From Acidobacteriota bacterium (GTDB lineage: Bacteria > Acidobacteriota > UBA6911 > RPQK01 > JAJDTT01), in the NCBI GenBank assembly GCA_965209055.1, contig OZ242374.1, positions 2,912,001 through 2,976,000 of the forward strand: 64,000 bases of DNA, read 5' to 3'. This document shows positions 20,399-31,298 of this stretch, piece by piece. The first letter of the stretch is position 1; every line of letters starts with the position of its first letter. Below the pieces are notes generated by a model, which ran no database searches, was not told the origin of the DNA, and saw only the letters and a list, made by a program, of their open reading frames with translations. Made by a program: the position numbers and the translations under genes.

Positions 20399-21658
20399 TC
20401 ACGCGGACTGCCGGAGGCGGCCCGCATAGAAGGCGTGACGCCGGGTCAGAGACACGACTTCGCGGCCGATTCCGTCCAGGACACCCTCGTCGTCGCAATG
20501 CGCAAGAGCCTGGCCGATCCAACGGCCGATTCGATCCATCTCGGCCTCCTTCATGCCGCAGGTGGTCACGGTGGGGGTCCCGACGCGGATCCCGCTGGTG
20601 ACCAGAGGGGGGTGGGCGTCGAAGGGGATGGTGTTCTTGTTGACCGTGATCCGGGCCCGCTCCAGCGTCGCTTCCGCCTGCTTGCCGGTCAGGCCTCGAG
20701 ACAGGACGTCCACCAGGAAAAGGTGGTTGTCGGTGCCTCCCGAAACGATCCGGAACCCCTGTTGGGCGACACTCCGGGCCAGGGCCCCGGCGTTGGAAAG
20801 AACCTGTTCCTGGTAGCTCTTGAAGCCGGGGCTGAGGGCTTCCTTGAGACAGACTGCCTTGGCCGCGATGATGTGAACCAGAGGCCCGCCCTGGGTGCCG
20901 GGAAAAACCAGCCGGTTGAGGCGCTTCTTGTGCTCTTCGCGGCAGAGGACGATCCCGCCTCGGGGGCCGCGCAGGGTCTTGTGGGTCGTCGTCGTGACGA
21001 AATCGGCGTAGGGAACGGGGCTGGGATGCAGGCCGGCGGCCACCGGACCCGCAATGTGGGCAATGTCGGCCAGCAGATATGCTCCGACGCCTCGAGCGAT
21101 CCGGGAGAGGCGATCGAAGTGGATGGTGCGGCTGTATGCGCTGGCCCCGGCGACGATCATTCGGGGTTTCTCCCGTTTGGCCAGATCCTCCAACTCGTCG
21201 TAGTCGATCTCTTCCGTATCGCGGCGGACGCCGTAGGCGGCGACGCGAAAATACTTTCCGGAGAAGTTGAGGGGATGCCCATGGGAAAGGTGGCCGCCGT
21301 GAGACAGGTTCATGCCCAGAATCTTGTCTCCCGGCTCGAGCGCGGCCAGATAGACGGCGATGTTGGCCTGGGTCCCCGAGTGAGGTTGGACGTTGGCATG
21401 GTCGGCGCCGAAGAGCTGCCTGGCCCTCTCGATGGCCAACGACTCCACCACGTCCACGTGCTCGCAGCCCCCGTAGTACCGGCGGCCCGGGTAGCCTTCC
21501 GCGTACTTGTTGGTGAAGACCGATCCCATGGCCTCCAGGACGGCCTCGCTGACGTAGTTCTCGGAGGCGATGAGCTCCAGGGTCTCGCTCTGCCTGCGGG
21601 TCTCTTGGAAGATGGCCTCGGCCACCTCCGGGTCTGTCTCGTACAAGGATGGATGCAT
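20399..21658 (-). CDS. glyA: Serine hydroxymethyltransferase
   Basis: [35 protein letters not shown]. Confidence 0.99.
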   Translation of the reverse strand: MHPSLYETDPEVAEAIFQETRRQSETLELIASENYVSEAVLEAMGSVFTNKYAEGYPGRRYYGGCEHVDVVESLAIERARQLFGADHANVQPHSGTQANIAVYLAALEPGDKILGMNLSHGGHLSHGHPLNFSGKYFRVAAYGVRRDTEEIDYDELEDLAKREKPRMIVAGASAYSRTIHFDRLSRIARGVGAYLLADIAHIAGPVAAGLHPSPVPYADFVTTTTHKTLRGPRGGIVLCREEHKKRLNRLVFPGTQGGPLVHIIAAKAVCLKEALSPGFKSYQEQVLSNAGALARSVAQQGFRIVSGGTDNHLFLVDVLSRGLTGKQAEATLERARITVNKNTIPFDAHPPLVTSGIRVGTPTVTTCGMKEAEMDRIGRWIGQALAHCDDEGVLDGIGREVVSLTRRHAFYAGRLRQSA

Positions 21659-21814
21659 GGCGGCTATTTCTCCAATTGCGGCCCGGGAACGGTTCCCTTG
21701 GCCGGTCGTACCATTATGATGCTATGCGTGCCCGGGGCGCCTTGACCAGCGGGTTCTTCAGCGGGCGGGTGATCTGCGGGGTCTCTCGCCACGGACTGTC
21801 GAGCGCCGGCGGAG

Positions 21815-22252
21815 TCAGCGCTCCAGCGAGGAAATCTTGCGGACCCGGCGGTCATGGCGGCCACCTTCAAAACCGACCCGGAGCCATTCCCGCACCATGG
21901 AAAGAGCCAGCTTCGGCTCGAGAGTCCGAGCGCCCAAAGCCAGTACGTTGGCTTGATTGTGTTGACGGCTGAGACGAACCGTTTCCAGGTCGTGGCAGAC
22001 GGCCGCCCGCACACCGGAGATCTTGTTGGCGGCGATGGCCATGCCGATGCCGGTGCCGCAGACGAGGATGCCGCGCTCGGCGCTGCCGGAAGAGACTCCC
22101 TGGGCCACGGACGCCGCGAAGTCGGGATAATCGACGCTGTCGTTCGTGTGGGGCCCCCGGTCGGTCACCTCGTGATTATCGGCTTCGAGCAGATCCTTGA
22201 TCCGCTCCTTCAATTCCACCCCGGCGTGATCGGCGCCAATCCAAATCTGCAT
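21815..22252 (-). CDS. rpiB: Ribose-5-phosphate isomerase B
   Basis: GADHAG, VDYPD, CGTGIGM, FEGGRH. Confidence 0.97.
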   Translation of the reverse strand: MQIWIGADHAGVELKERIKDLLEADNHEVTDRGPHTNDSVDYPDFAASVAQGVSSGSAERGILVCGTGIGMAIAANKISGVRAAVCHDLETVRLSRQHNQANVLALGARTLEPKLALSMVREWLRVGFEGGRHDRRVRKISSLER

Positions 22253-22325
22253 GCGCGACGGTCCTGCCGATGGATGGTAGCTCACTTGACTTGACCCGGT
22301 CAAACCGATAGAAACAGCGCTTCCC

Positions 22326-24029
22326 ATGCGCTGGTCCCGGTTCTTTGCGCCCACCTTGAAGGAGACTCCTTCGGAGGCGGAGGTGCCCTCCCATCGCCTC
22401 CTGCTGCGCGCCGGATTCGTCCGTCAGTTGGGTTCGGGCATCTATTCCTTCCTTCCCCTGGCGAGGCGGACCTTGCGGAAAATCGAGAACATCATCCGCC
22501 ATGAGATGGACGCCATCGGCGCTCAGGAGTTCGTCCTGCCGGCCCTCCACCCGGCCGAGCCGTGGAGGGAATCGGGCCGTTGGGAGGCCATGGGCGACGA
22601 GATGTTCCGGCTCAACGATCGTTCCGGCCGGGACATGTGTCTCGGGATGACTCATGAGGAGATCTTCACTACCATCGCTCGCGACGAAATCAGGTCCTAC
22701 CGCGCGCTGCCTCAGATCTGGTACCAGATTCAGCTCAAGTTCCGGGACGAACCCCGCCCCAAGTCCGGCCTGCTGCGGGTGCGCCACTTTCACATGAAGG
22801 ATTCCTACAGCTTCGACCTCGACGAGAAAGGGTTGGACCGCAGCTACCGGCTTCACGAGCAGGCCTACCGCAGGATTTTCGATCGCTGCGGCCTCCGGTA
22901 CCTGGTGGTCGAGGCGGACTCGGGAGCCATGGGGGGCAGCGTCTCTCACGAGTTCATGGTTCGGACCGATGCCGGAGAGGACCATGTCGTGACCTGTGCC
23001 TGCGGGTATGCCTCCAACCTGGACCGGGCCGTCTCGGCATTGGAGGCGCAGGAAGACGAGGCGGCGGACCTTCCGCCCCGGAAGGTGCATACGCCGGGCC
23101 GCAAGACGATTCAGGAGGTGAGCGACTTTCTGAATGTCCCTCGGTCACGGCAGATCAAATCTCTGGTCTACCTGGTGGGGGAGACGCCATGGCTGTTGTT
23201 GCTGCGGGGCGACCACCAGCTCAATGATCTGAAGCTGAGCCGGCTGGCCGGCAGCGGCGACTTCCGAATGGCCCGGTCCGAGGAGATCAGGGAGCTGTTC
23301 GGAGCCGGCGCGGGCAGCCTGGGACCGGTGGGCGCCGACTTCGTCAAGGTGGTGGCCGACCGGGGCCTGGAGGGCCGGCGGAACCTGGTCTGCGGCGCCA
23401 ATCAGGACGACTACCACCTGCTGCATGTCACTCCGGGACGGGATTTCCAGGCGAGCTTCCAGGATCTGCGTTCGGTCGAGCAGGGGGACGCCTGTCTGAA
23501 ATGCGGTCAGCCGGTGCAGGTCGAGAAGACGCTGGAAATCGGACATATCTTCAAGCTGGGATACAAGTACAGCGAGTCCATGAAGGCCCGCGTGCTGGAC
23601 CGGCAAGGGAAGGAGCGGCCCTGGATCATGGGCAGCTACGGAATCGGCCTCGAGCGGATCATGGCTGCCGCGGTGGAGCTGTACCACGACGAATTCGGCA
23701 TCGTCTGGCCGCGGGCGTTGGCGCCGTTCCAGGCCGTGGTCACGGTCGTGCGGGCGGACGACCGGAAACAACTCGCGGCCGCCCGCGAGATCTACCGGAC
23801 CCTCTGGGACCGCGGCATCGACTGTCTCCTGGATGACCGGAACGAGCGGCCCGGATTCAAGTTCAAGGACGCCGAACTCATCGGGGTTCCGATCCGAATC
23901 ACCGTGGGACGGGCCCTCCGGCAGGGACGGGTCGAGATCTTTTCCCGCCAGGACGCCAGCAAGAGGGAAGTCCCGCTGGGCGATGCCGTAACCACCGTCG
24001 TGGAGATGCTCCAGGCTTACCCGGTCTGA
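22326..24029 (+). CDS. proS: Proline--tRNA ligase
   Basis: GMTHEE, FRDEPRP, MKDSYSF, editing (INS) domain, EIGHIFKLG, GSYGIG. Confidence 0.98.
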   Translation: MRWSRFFAPTLKETPSEAEVPSHRLLLRAGFVRQLGSGIYSFLPLARRTLRKIENIIRHEMDAIGAQEFVLPALHPAEPWRESGRWEAMGDEMFRLNDRSGRDMCLGMTHEEIFTTIARDEIRSYRALPQIWYQIQLKFRDEPRPKSGLLRVRHFHMKDSYSFDLDEKGLDRSYRLHEQAYRRIFDRCGLRYLVVEADSGAMGGSVSHEFMVRTDAGEDHVVTCACGYASNLDRAVSALEAQEDEAADLPPRKVHTPGRKTIQEVSDFLNVPRSRQIKSLVYLVGETPWLLLLRGDHQLNDLKLSRLAGSGDFRMARSEEIRELFGAGAGSLGPVGADFVKVVADRGLEGRRNLVCGANQDDYHLLHVTPGRDFQASFQDLRSVEQGDACLKCGQPVQVEKTLEIGHIFKLGYKYSESMKARVLDRQGKERPWIMGSYGIGLERIMAAAVELYHDEFGIVWPRALAPFQAVVTVVRADDRKQLAAAREIYRTLWDRGIDCLLDDRNERPGFKFKDAELIGVPIRITVGRALRQGRVEIFSRQDASKREVPLGDAVTTVVEMLQAYPV

Positions 24030-24077
24030 TTCCCGGTCCCAGCCCGGACCGGCGATCTTCCCGCCGTCCAAGAAAAG

Positions 24078-24260
24078 GGAAGGGCGATTTCCAATCGCCT
24101 GGTCTTCGTCGCCAAGTTTGTCAGGTAGGAGTTCGGCGATTGGAAATCGCCGCTCCAGTTCGGCGGTTAGGAAACCGCCGCTCCTATGGGAGGGGCGATT
24201 TCCAATCGCCCGGTTTCCCTTCGTTCGCCGGCGTCCAAGAATCGGCGGTTGCGAAACCGT
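24078..24260. repeat. REP/REPIN-like cluster
   Basis: GGCGATTTCCAATCGCC, GGCGATTGGAAATCGCCGCTCC, GGCGGTTAGGAAACCGCCGCTCC, GGAGGGGCGATTTCCAATCGCCC. Confidence 0.85.
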
Positions 24261-24381
24261 CGGTCCTTTCCTTGTTTCTACCGGGCGTCCGCCGGACCGG
24301 GCCGGTGGGGAAGCTCCTTGCAAATTCGCCACTCGAATCCCGGGTCCACGGTCAATCGGCGTCGATTTTTTCCGAAATTTC

Positions 24382-24450
24382 TTGACACTTGGTCTGCGAT
24401 AGGAATATTGTGGTCAAAATCGGTTCAAAAAGGGATAAATAGGTCTAAGT
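24382..24450 (+). promoter_or_regulatory. dcw/mraZ sigma70 promoter with MraZ-box-like repeats
   Basis: TTGACA (24382) and TATTGT (24406); GG dinucleotides at 24402, 24412, 24422, 24432 and 24442 in an AT-rich context. Confidence 0.75.
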
Positions 24451-24467
24451 AACGTCGGATTGTCACT

Positions 24468-24908
24468 GTGTTCAGAGGAAACTTCCCCACCAAGATCGAC
24501 GCTCAGGGGCGTATCAAGATCCCTGTGGCGCATCGCAGGATCTTCGAGGAGAAGTACGGCACGGAACTTTATGTCACCAGTACCAACGGCGAACACGTCC
24601 TGATCTATCCCCTCAGCGAATGGGAGCAGATCGAGAGCAAGTTGCTGGAGCCGCCCAAGATGCTGCCCGAGAAGGTCAAGTTCCTGCGCAACACGAGCTA
24701 CTACGGCCAGATGGTCTCCATGGACAGGCAGGGGAGAGTCCTGATTCCTCCCCACCTCCGGGAACGTGCCGAAATCTCCAACAGCGTGGCGGTCATGGGA
24801 TCGTTGACCTATCTGGAACTGTGGAATCGGAAACGCATCGAGAATCGGCTCGATAACGATGAGTATACGCGTGAGGACGCGATCGCTCTGGCGGAGTTGG
24901 GGATTTGA
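24468..24908 (+). CDS. mraZ: Transcriptional regulator MraZ
   Basis: MFRG...IDAQGRIKIP and second DRQGRVLIP repeat; LELW. Confidence 0.96.
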   Translation: MFRGNFPTKIDAQGRIKIPVAHRRIFEEKYGTELYVTSTNGEHVLIYPLSEWEQIESKLLEPPKMLPEKVKFLRNTSYYGQMVSMDRQGRVLIPPHLRERAEISNSVAVMGSLTYLELWNRKRIENRLDNDEYTREDAIALAELGI

Positions 24909-24910
24909 CC

Positions 24911-25954
24911 ATGACCGGAACGGATACGGCCCACATACCGGTGCTGTGCAGGACGGTTCTGGACCACCTCCAGGTCCGGCCGCGAGGCGTCTACGTCGAT
25001 TGCACGGTGGGTCCCGGCGGTCATTCCCGGGAGATCCTGAAGAGGTTGGGAGCGGGACGCCTGGTGGTTCTGGACCTGGACGAAGATGCGCTCCGGCTGG
25101 CGGCTCGCCGCCTCGCGCCATCGAAGGCCAAGCTGAGCCTGCACCGGGAGAACTTCAGGAATCTTCCCCGGTTGCTCCGGAGACTCCGGATCCGCCGGAT
25201 CGACGGCTGTCTGGCCGACGTGGGGGTTTCCTCACTCCAGTTGGACATGGCCGAGAGGGGATTCAGCTTCCTGAAAGAGGGACCCCTGGACATGCGGATG
25301 GACCGCGCCCAGACGGTTACGGCGGCGAGCCTGGTCAATGATTCGCCTCCCGAGCGGCTGGTGGAGATTCTGCGGGCCTACGGCGAGGTCACGGGGGCGG
25401 CAAGAGTGGTGGCGGCGATGGTCGAGGAGCGCCACCGGAAGCGGTTCGAAACGACCACGGAGTTGGCGGCGGTGGTGGAGCGAGTCAAAGGTTGGCCCCG
25501 GGGGACTCGTCTCCACCCCGCAACCCAGGTCTTTCAGGCCCTTCGAATCGAGGTCAACCAGGAATTGAAGAACCTGGAAGCGTTCCTCTCCGGCGTCGTG
25601 GATTTTCTGCGGCCGGGAGGCCGGCTCGTGGTGTTGGCCTTTCACAGCCTTGAGGATCGATTGGTGAAGCGGGCCTTTGCCCGGGAATCGGGGAAGTGCA
25701 TCTGTTTTTCTCCCCGGGATCTGTGCGGATGCCCCCGGCGCCGCCGCGTGCGAGTCCTGACCCGGCGGCCGGTCCGGCCATCGGGACAGGAGATTCGAGC
25801 CAACCCGCGCGCGAGAAGCGCCAAACTCCGGGCCGTTGAACGGCTGAACGCCTCGTCCGATAGTTGCGGCGCCGCCGGTTCCCGCACGGAGCGTGGCCGG
25901 AGGGCGGAAGGATTCCGATGGGGTGACGGGGTGAGGGAAGCGAACAGAGGATAG
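24911..25954 (+). CDS. rsmH: 16S rRNA m4C1402 methyltransferase
   Basis: HIPVL, DCTVGPGGHS, DVGVSSLQLD, FQALRIEVN, FHSLEDR, NPRARSAKLR. Confidence 0.97.
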   Translation: MTGTDTAHIPVLCRTVLDHLQVRPRGVYVDCTVGPGGHSREILKRLGAGRLVVLDLDEDALRLAARRLAPSKAKLSLHRENFRNLPRLLRRLRIRRIDGCLADVGVSSLQLDMAERGFSFLKEGPLDMRMDRAQTVTAASLVNDSPPERLVEILRAYGEVTGAARVVAAMVEERHRKRFETTTELAAVVERVKGWPRGTRLHPATQVFQALRIEVNQELKNLEAFLSGVVDFLRPGGRLVVLAFHSLEDRLVKRAFARESGKCICFSPRDLCGCPRRRRVRVLTRRPVRPSGQEIRANPRARSAKLRAVERLNASSDSCGAAGSRTERGRRAEGFRWGDGVREANRG

Positions 25955-25959
25955 GGCAG

Positions 25960-26358
25960 ATGGTGGATTGCTGTTTTCAACAATTTCGCAACCGTCCGGT
26001 TCAGGAGAGGTCCGGGGCGAATGGTTGGCAGATGCTGGGCTGGTTGTTGGCGGTGGGCACAGTCGCGGGGTTGGTCCTCGTTTACGCGGGCCTGCGGATG
26101 GGGATCCTGGAATCCCAGTACGAAGCCGCGCGGCTGCGGAAGGAGAACACGGAGCTTCGCGAATTCAACAACGCGCTCCGCGTCGAGCATGCCACGCTCA
26201 TCAATCCCGAGACCATCGACCGGCGGGCCTCGAGCCTGGGTCTCATCGCTTCCAGTAACGGGTCGGTCAGGATCATCGAAGGAAAATCCCGCCTCTCCGA
26301 GCCGGGAAGCGAGCTGGTCGCCGAGGCCCGCAACCGTTTCGAGGTTTCGCCGGAATGA
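25960..26358 (+). CDS. ftsL: Cell division protein FtsL
   Basis: Single TM plus leucine-zipper-like coiled coil; located between rsmH and ftsI. Confidence 0.8.
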   Translation: MVDCCFQQFRNRPVQERSGANGWQMLGWLLAVGTVAGLVLVYAGLRMGILESQYEAARLRKENTELREFNNALRVEHATLINPETIDRRASSLGLIASSNGSVRIIEGKSRLSEPGSELVAEARNRFEVSPE

Positions 26359-28484
26359 GTGCCGATTCCCAAGACCGCAACCGAGCCCTGGTCCCAAGAC
26401 GGGTAATTGTGTTCTACATGCTCGTCCTGGCCTCGGTCGTGGGCCTGGTCGTCCGCCTGGTGGACCTCCAGGTCTTGAAGCGGGACCATTTCCGCCAACT
26501 GGCGCAGGCCCAGAGCGAGGGTCACGTCTACGTCAGGGTCAAACGTGGCGAAATTCTGGACCGGAATCTCCGGGAGTTGGCCGTCAGCGTCGAGAGCGGC
26601 TCGGTCGGGAGTCACGCCGGGCAGGTTTCGGAGCCAGGAAAGGCTGCCACGGCCCTGGCCCCGTTCCTGCCTTTGAGCCAGGAGGAGATCCGGGAGACGC
26701 TCGATTCCAACACCGGCTTCACCTATCTGGCCAGAAAGATCCCTCCGCACCAGGTCACGACCATCAATGCGCTGAAGCTCAAGGGCATCCAGGTCGACTG
26801 GGACGTGAAGCGAACCTATCCCCAATGGGAACTGGCGGCTCACGTCCTGGGTTTCGTCGGGGTGGAAAACGAAGGTCTGGGCGGGGTCGAGTACCTCTAC
26901 GACGGAGTGATGCGCGGCGAGAAGACTCGCGTCAATCTGAAGGTGGACGGCCGGCGGCACGTCTACAACCGTGAAGCCTCGGGCACCGGTTCCGGAGGGA
27001 ACATCGTGGTCCTCAATCTGGACGAGTCCATCCAGTACTCGGTGGAACAGATCCTGGGGGATACGATACGCGAATGGAAAGCGTCGTCGGGATCGGCGAT
27101 CGTCATGGACGTTCACACCGGCGAAATCCTGGCCCTGGCCTCCCATCCCACCTACAACCCCAACGACTACACCAGTTACGGCCCCGCGGAAAAACGAAAC
27201 CGCGCCATCCTCGACATCTATGAGCCAGGGTCGACCTTCAAGCTGGTGACACTTTCGGCCGCCTTGGAGGAGGGGCTCGTCCAGTCGGGAGAACTGGTGG
27301 ACTGCCGAGTCGGAACAGTGCGTCTGGGCCGCAAGGTCTACCGGGAAGCCAAGAGGAGCTACGGCACCCTCAGCTTCGAGGAGATTCTGGCCAAGTCGAG
27401 CAATGTCGGCACCATCAAGATGGGACTTCGACTGGGTGAGGAACAATTGTATTCCTTCATCCGGCGTTTCGGGTTCGGAAGCAAGACGGGAGTCGAATTG
27501 CCGGGCGAACAGGTCGGACTGCTGGTCCCGCCGGAGCGCTGGTCCCGAATCTCCATCGGGGCTCTCTCCATCGGACAGGAGATTGGAGTCACGCCCATTC
27601 AGATGGTGCGGGCTCTGGCGGTTTTCGGAAACGGAGGCTATCTGGTGAAGCCTCGCCTGGTCCGGCACATCCTCTCCGAGGATGGGAGGATACTGGAAAA
27701 GAGCCGGGTGGAACGTGAGAGGGTGCTGTCGGAGGAGACCGTCCGGACCATCAGGAACGCCATGGGCATGGTCGTGGAGCGGGGGACGGGACGCAGGGCC
27801 CAGCCGACCGGATACTCGGCCGGCGGAAAGACCGGCACCGCTCAGAAGTTCGTTGACGGCAGCTATTCGCGCACCCGCTTCGTAGCCTCGTTTGCGGGAA
27901 TCGCCCCCCTCTCCAATCCCGTGCTGGCCGCGCTGGTCGTCATCGACGAGCCTCGAGTCCACCACTATGGCGGACTGGTGGCCGCTCCCGCCTTCCGCCG
28001 CATCATGGAACGGGCTCTGGTCAGTCTCCATGTCCCTCAGGATCGACGGCTGCCGCAGCCGAACAAGCGGCTGGCCCGCCAACAGAAGAAGCGGCCGAAC
28101 CGGCGGGTGGACCTGGCGGCGTCGCCGGCCGAGGAGCCGTGGACGCGGGATGGACTGGCCGCGGAATTGTCGAGCCTGATGGGAGACGGGAATCCGGACT
28201 CGGATGGAGGTAAATCGGTGACGGTGGCAACCGGGACCTTTCCGCTCCCGGACCTGAGCGGTCTCAGCCTCCGGGAGGCACTCCGCAAGGCCGGCAGTCT
28301 CTCTCTGAGGTTGAGAGTGACGGGCAGTGGCGTGGTCGTGGCGCAGCATCCCAAACCCGGGACTCCGGTTTTCCCCGAATCCATGTGTCAGGTCCATTTG
28401 GACGGCACGGAAAGCTCCACCTATGAGACTCAGCAACTTGCTCTCGGCCGAAGGAGTCAGAGCGTTCGTGAGAGCCGTCGCTGA
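26355..28484 (+). CDS. ftsI: Penicillin-binding transpeptidase FtsI with C-terminal PASTA domain
   Basis: RGEILDRN, EPGSTFK, SSN, GKTGTAQK; PASTA-like PDLSGLSLREA...GSGVVVAQHP. Confidence 0.95.
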   Translation: MSADSQDRNRALVPRRVIVFYMLVLASVVGLVVRLVDLQVLKRDHFRQLAQAQSEGHVYVRVKRGEILDRNLRELAVSVESGSVGSHAGQVSEPGKAATALAPFLPLSQEEIRETLDSNTGFTYLARKIPPHQVTTINALKLKGIQVDWDVKRTYPQWELAAHVLGFVGVENEGLGGVEYLYDGVMRGEKTRVNLKVDGRRHVYNREASGTGSGGNIVVLNLDESIQYSVEQILGDTIREWKASSGSAIVMDVHTGEILALASHPTYNPNDYTSYGPAEKRNRAILDIYEPGSTFKLVTLSAALEEGLVQSGELVDCRVGTVRLGRKVYREAKRSYGTLSFEEILAKSSNVGTIKMGLRLGEEQLYSFIRRFGFGSKTGVELPGEQVGLLVPPERWSRISIGALSIGQEIGVTPIQMVRALAVFGNGGYLVKPRLVRHILSEDGRILEKSRVERERVLSEETVRTIRNAMGMVVERGTGRRAQPTGYSAGGKTGTAQKFVDGSYSRTRFVASFAGIAPLSNPVLAALVVIDEPRVHHYGGLVAAPAFRRIMERALVSLHVPQDRRLPQPNKRLARQQKKRPNRRVDLAASPAEEPWTRDGLAAELSSLMGDGNPDSDGGKSVTVATGTFPLPDLSGLSLREALRKAGSLSLRLRVTGSGVVVAQHPKPGTPVFPESMCQVHLDGTESSTYETQQLALGRRSQSVRESRR

Positions 28485-29886
28485 GGCGGGCGACCCGGAG
28501 ATCGAGTCCCTCGCTTACGACTCCCGGCAAGCGGAAACCGGAAGCCTTTTTTTCGCCATCCAAGGGTTCGAAAGCGACGGACATCTCTACCTGGATCAGG
28601 CAGTGAAACGGGGCGCGGTTGCCGTAGCCTCCCAACGGCCCGCTCCGGACGATTGCGGCTTTGCCTGGATCCAGGTGTCCCGTATCCGTCGCTTCATGGC
28701 CAGCGTCGCCGATCGTTTCTTCGGACAGCCTTCGGCCAGGCTGAGGCTGGTGGGCATTACCGGGACCAACGGGAAGACCACGACCGCGTTCCTGGCGCAC
28801 TCCATCATGAGCCAAGGGGAACCTTCTCTCGTTATGGGCACCCTGGGAGCCCGTCTCGACGGCAGGAATTGGGCCTCGGAGCGAACCACGCCGGAATCCG
28901 TGGACATCCAATCCATTCTGAACCAGGCAGTCGAATCCGGCTGCGGCCGGGGCGTGATGGAGGTCTCCTCCCATTCCCTCGCCCTGGACCGGGTCTACGG
29001 CTGCCGCTTTCCGGTGGCCGTCTTCACGAATCTGACCCGGGACCACCTGGACTTTCATCACACTCGGGAGAACTACCTCCAGAGCAAGCGCCTATTGTTC
29101 CGGTCCGATTACAACCCCGGTCTGGCCTGGTCGGTGATCAATCACGACGACCCGGCGAGCCGCCGGCTCGATCCGGAAGGCGAGGCCGTGACCTTCGGCA
29201 TGACCCCGGAAGCGCAGGTTCGCCCGATCACGCGGAAGACCACGGTTGACGGGACGCGGGTGGAGCTCGAGTGCCGGGGTCGCCGCCTGGCCTTGAGCAG
29301 TCCCCTGGTGGGAAACCACAACCTCTACAACATCATGGCGGCGGTGGCGGCCTGCCATGCATTGGGGATCGGAGACCGGCAGATCTGCGCGGGCATCTCC
29401 GGACTCGCCCGCGTCCCCGGCCGTTTCGAGAAGGTCGACGTGGACCGGGACTACACGGTGGTCGTGGACTACGCTCATACGCCGGACGCGCTGGAGAACG
29501 TGTTGCGCCTGGCCCGGGGCTTGACCTCGAACCGTGTGCTCTGCGTCTTCGGCTGCGGTGGAGACCGGGACGCGTCCAAGCGGCCGCGGATGGGCGAGAT
29601 CGCCACCCGCCGGTCCGATTGGACCATTTTGACCACGGACAACCCGCGGAGCGAGGATCCGGAGGCCATCCTCCAGCAGATCAGGGCAGGAATCCCTCCC
29701 GAACGGGACAACTTCGAGACCATCGCCGATCGAAGGGAGGCCATCGGCCGCGTCGTGAAGCTGGCCGGGACCGGAGACATGGTCCTGGTGGCGGGCAAGG
29801 GACAGGAAACCTATCAGGAAATCCAGGGGACTCGAATCCCCTTCGACGATCGGGAAGTGGTGAGGGATTCGGTGTGTTTGGACTAG
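28423..29886 (+). CDS. murE: UDP-MurNAc-tripeptide synthetase (mDAP-type)
   Basis: GITGTNGKTT, MEVSSH, DYAHTPD, DNPR (mDAP specificity motif). Confidence 0.97.
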   Translation: MRLSNLLSAEGVRAFVRAVAEAGDPEIESLAYDSRQAETGSLFFAIQGFESDGHLYLDQAVKRGAVAVASQRPAPDDCGFAWIQVSRIRRFMASVADRFFGQPSARLRLVGITGTNGKTTTAFLAHSIMSQGEPSLVMGTLGARLDGRNWASERTTPESVDIQSILNQAVESGCGRGVMEVSSHSLALDRVYGCRFPVAVFTNLTRDHLDFHHTRENYLQSKRLLFRSDYNPGLAWSVINHDDPASRRLDPEGEAVTFGMTPEAQVRPITRKTTVDGTRVELECRGRRLALSSPLVGNHNLYNIMAAVAACHALGIGDRQICAGISGLARVPGRFEKVDVDRDYTVVVDYAHTPDALENVLRLARGLTSNRVLCVFGCGGDRDASKRPRMGEIATRRSDWTILTTDNPRSEDPEAILQQIRAGIPPERDNFETIADRREAIGRVVKLAGTGDMVLVAGKGQETYQEIQGTRIPFDDREVVRDSVCLD

Positions 29887-31298
29887 ATTTCCGGCAAGCG
29901 GCCCAGGTCATGGGCGCCCGAACCTGGGGCCGGGACCTGGGTCGGCAGGCGCGTCGGCCTCTGCCCCGGGTCGTCATCGACAGCCGGCAGGTGAAGCCGG
30001 GCGATTGCTTCTTCGCCATCAAGGGGGATCGCCTGGACGGGCACGATTTCCTGGAGGCCGCCATGGAGCGCGGAGCGGCGGTGGGGGTCTGTTCCCGCAC
30101 GCCGAACCTGGATGCCGGCGCCTATGAAGACCGGATCTTCCTCCGCGTCGCCGACACCACCCTGGCGCTGCAGGAACTGGCTGCCGAACTCCGCAGACGG
30201 TGGGGCCGGAGCCTGGTGGGCGTGACCGGCAGCATGGGGAAGACCACGACCCGCACTTTCACCACCCGGCTGCTCGAATCCGGACACCAGGTTCTTCAGT
30301 CTCCCGCCAACTTCAACAACGCCTTCGGAGTGCCCCTTTCCCTTCTCCTGTTGGAGGAACGGCATGACCTGGCGGTGCTGGAACTGGGCATGAACCATGC
30401 CGGCGAGATCCGGCGGCTGGCCCGGATCTGCCGTCCCGATCTCGCCGTCATCACCAATGTGGCGCCGGTGCATCTCGAATTCTTCTCCAGCGTCGACGAG
30501 ATCGCTCGAGCCAAGGGCGAGATCCTGGAGGACATGGCGCCGGCGGGGGTCTTCGTCTACAACGCCGACGACCGCCGGGTGGCGGATCTTGCTTCCGCCT
30601 TCCATGGGCGCAGCGTCTCCTTCTCCCTGGAGAGGAAAGCGGACGTCCAGGTCACGGACGTCCGGGTGGTCGACTCGAACAGCACCCGGTTCATCCTCCG
30701 GGCCGGATGGGGAGAGTCCTCCTGCCGGGTGTCCTTCGTCGGCCGCCACCATCTCTACAACCTGGCTGCGGCCGTGGCTGCGGCCCGGACCCTGGGTTTG
30801 AGCCGGGAACAGATCGAAGGGGCGATTCCCAGCCTGTCCCCACTGCCCATGCGAGGGAAGATCCGGGGGTTGGAGATGTCCGGTTCCCGGCGGATCAGGA
30901 TCTTGGACGACTCCTACAACTCGAACCCGCAAGCCGTACGGATGGTGTTGGAGGCCGTGGGAAAGTCGGCCGGCGCCGGCCGCCGGATCGTCGCTCTGGG
31001 AGAGATGCTGGAGTTGGGTCCCGAGAGCGCGGTCTGGCATCGCCGGGTCGGAAGGATGGCGGCCCGCATCGAGCCTCATCTCCTGGCGGCGGTGGGCGCG
31101 GGAGCCCGGCCGGTTCTGGATGGAGCTCGCGAGGCAGGTTTGGCAGACGGCAGGACCCTCTACTTCGGGACTTCGGAAGAGGCGGCGGAGTACCTGGCCG
31201 GCTTCATTTGCAGCGGCGACTTCCTCTTGATCAAGGGGTCTCGCGGAGTCGGAATGGAACGCATCGCCGCACTTCTGGAAAAGGGGAAGGGCTCTTGA
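29874..31298 (+). CDS. murF: UDP-MurNAc-pentapeptide synthetase
   Basis: IDSR, GVTGSMGKTT, NFNN, ELGMNH, DDSYNSNP, KGSRG; start approximate. Confidence 0.96.
   Translation: MFGLDFRQAAQVMGARTWGRDLGRQARRPLPRVVIDSRQVKPGDCFFAIKGDRLDGHDFLEAAMERGAAVGVCSRTPNLDAGAYEDRIFLRVADTTLALQELAAELRRRWGRSLVGVTGSMGKTTTRTFTTRLLESGHQVLQSPANFNNAFGVPLSLLLLEERHDLAVLELGMNHAGEIRRLARICRPDLAVITNVAPVHLEFFSSVDEIARAKGEILEDMAPAGVFVYNADDRRVADLASAFHGRSVSFSLERKADVQVTDVRVVDSNSTRFILRAGWGESSCRVSFVGRHHLYNLAAAVAAARTLGLSREQIEGAIPSLSPLPMRGKIRGLEMSGSRRIRILDDSYNSNPQAVRMVLEAVGKSAGAGRRIVALGEMLELGPESAVWHRRVGRMAARIEPHLLAAVGAGARPVLDGAREAGLADGRTLYFGTSEEAAEYLAGFICSGDFLLIKGSRGVGMERIAALLEKGKGS

Noticed and set aside
21659-21814. ZTP or glycine riboswitch upstream of glyA
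   Set aside because: Conserved GACTGGCG, GGGGAGC and GCCTGGGC elements are not recognisable.
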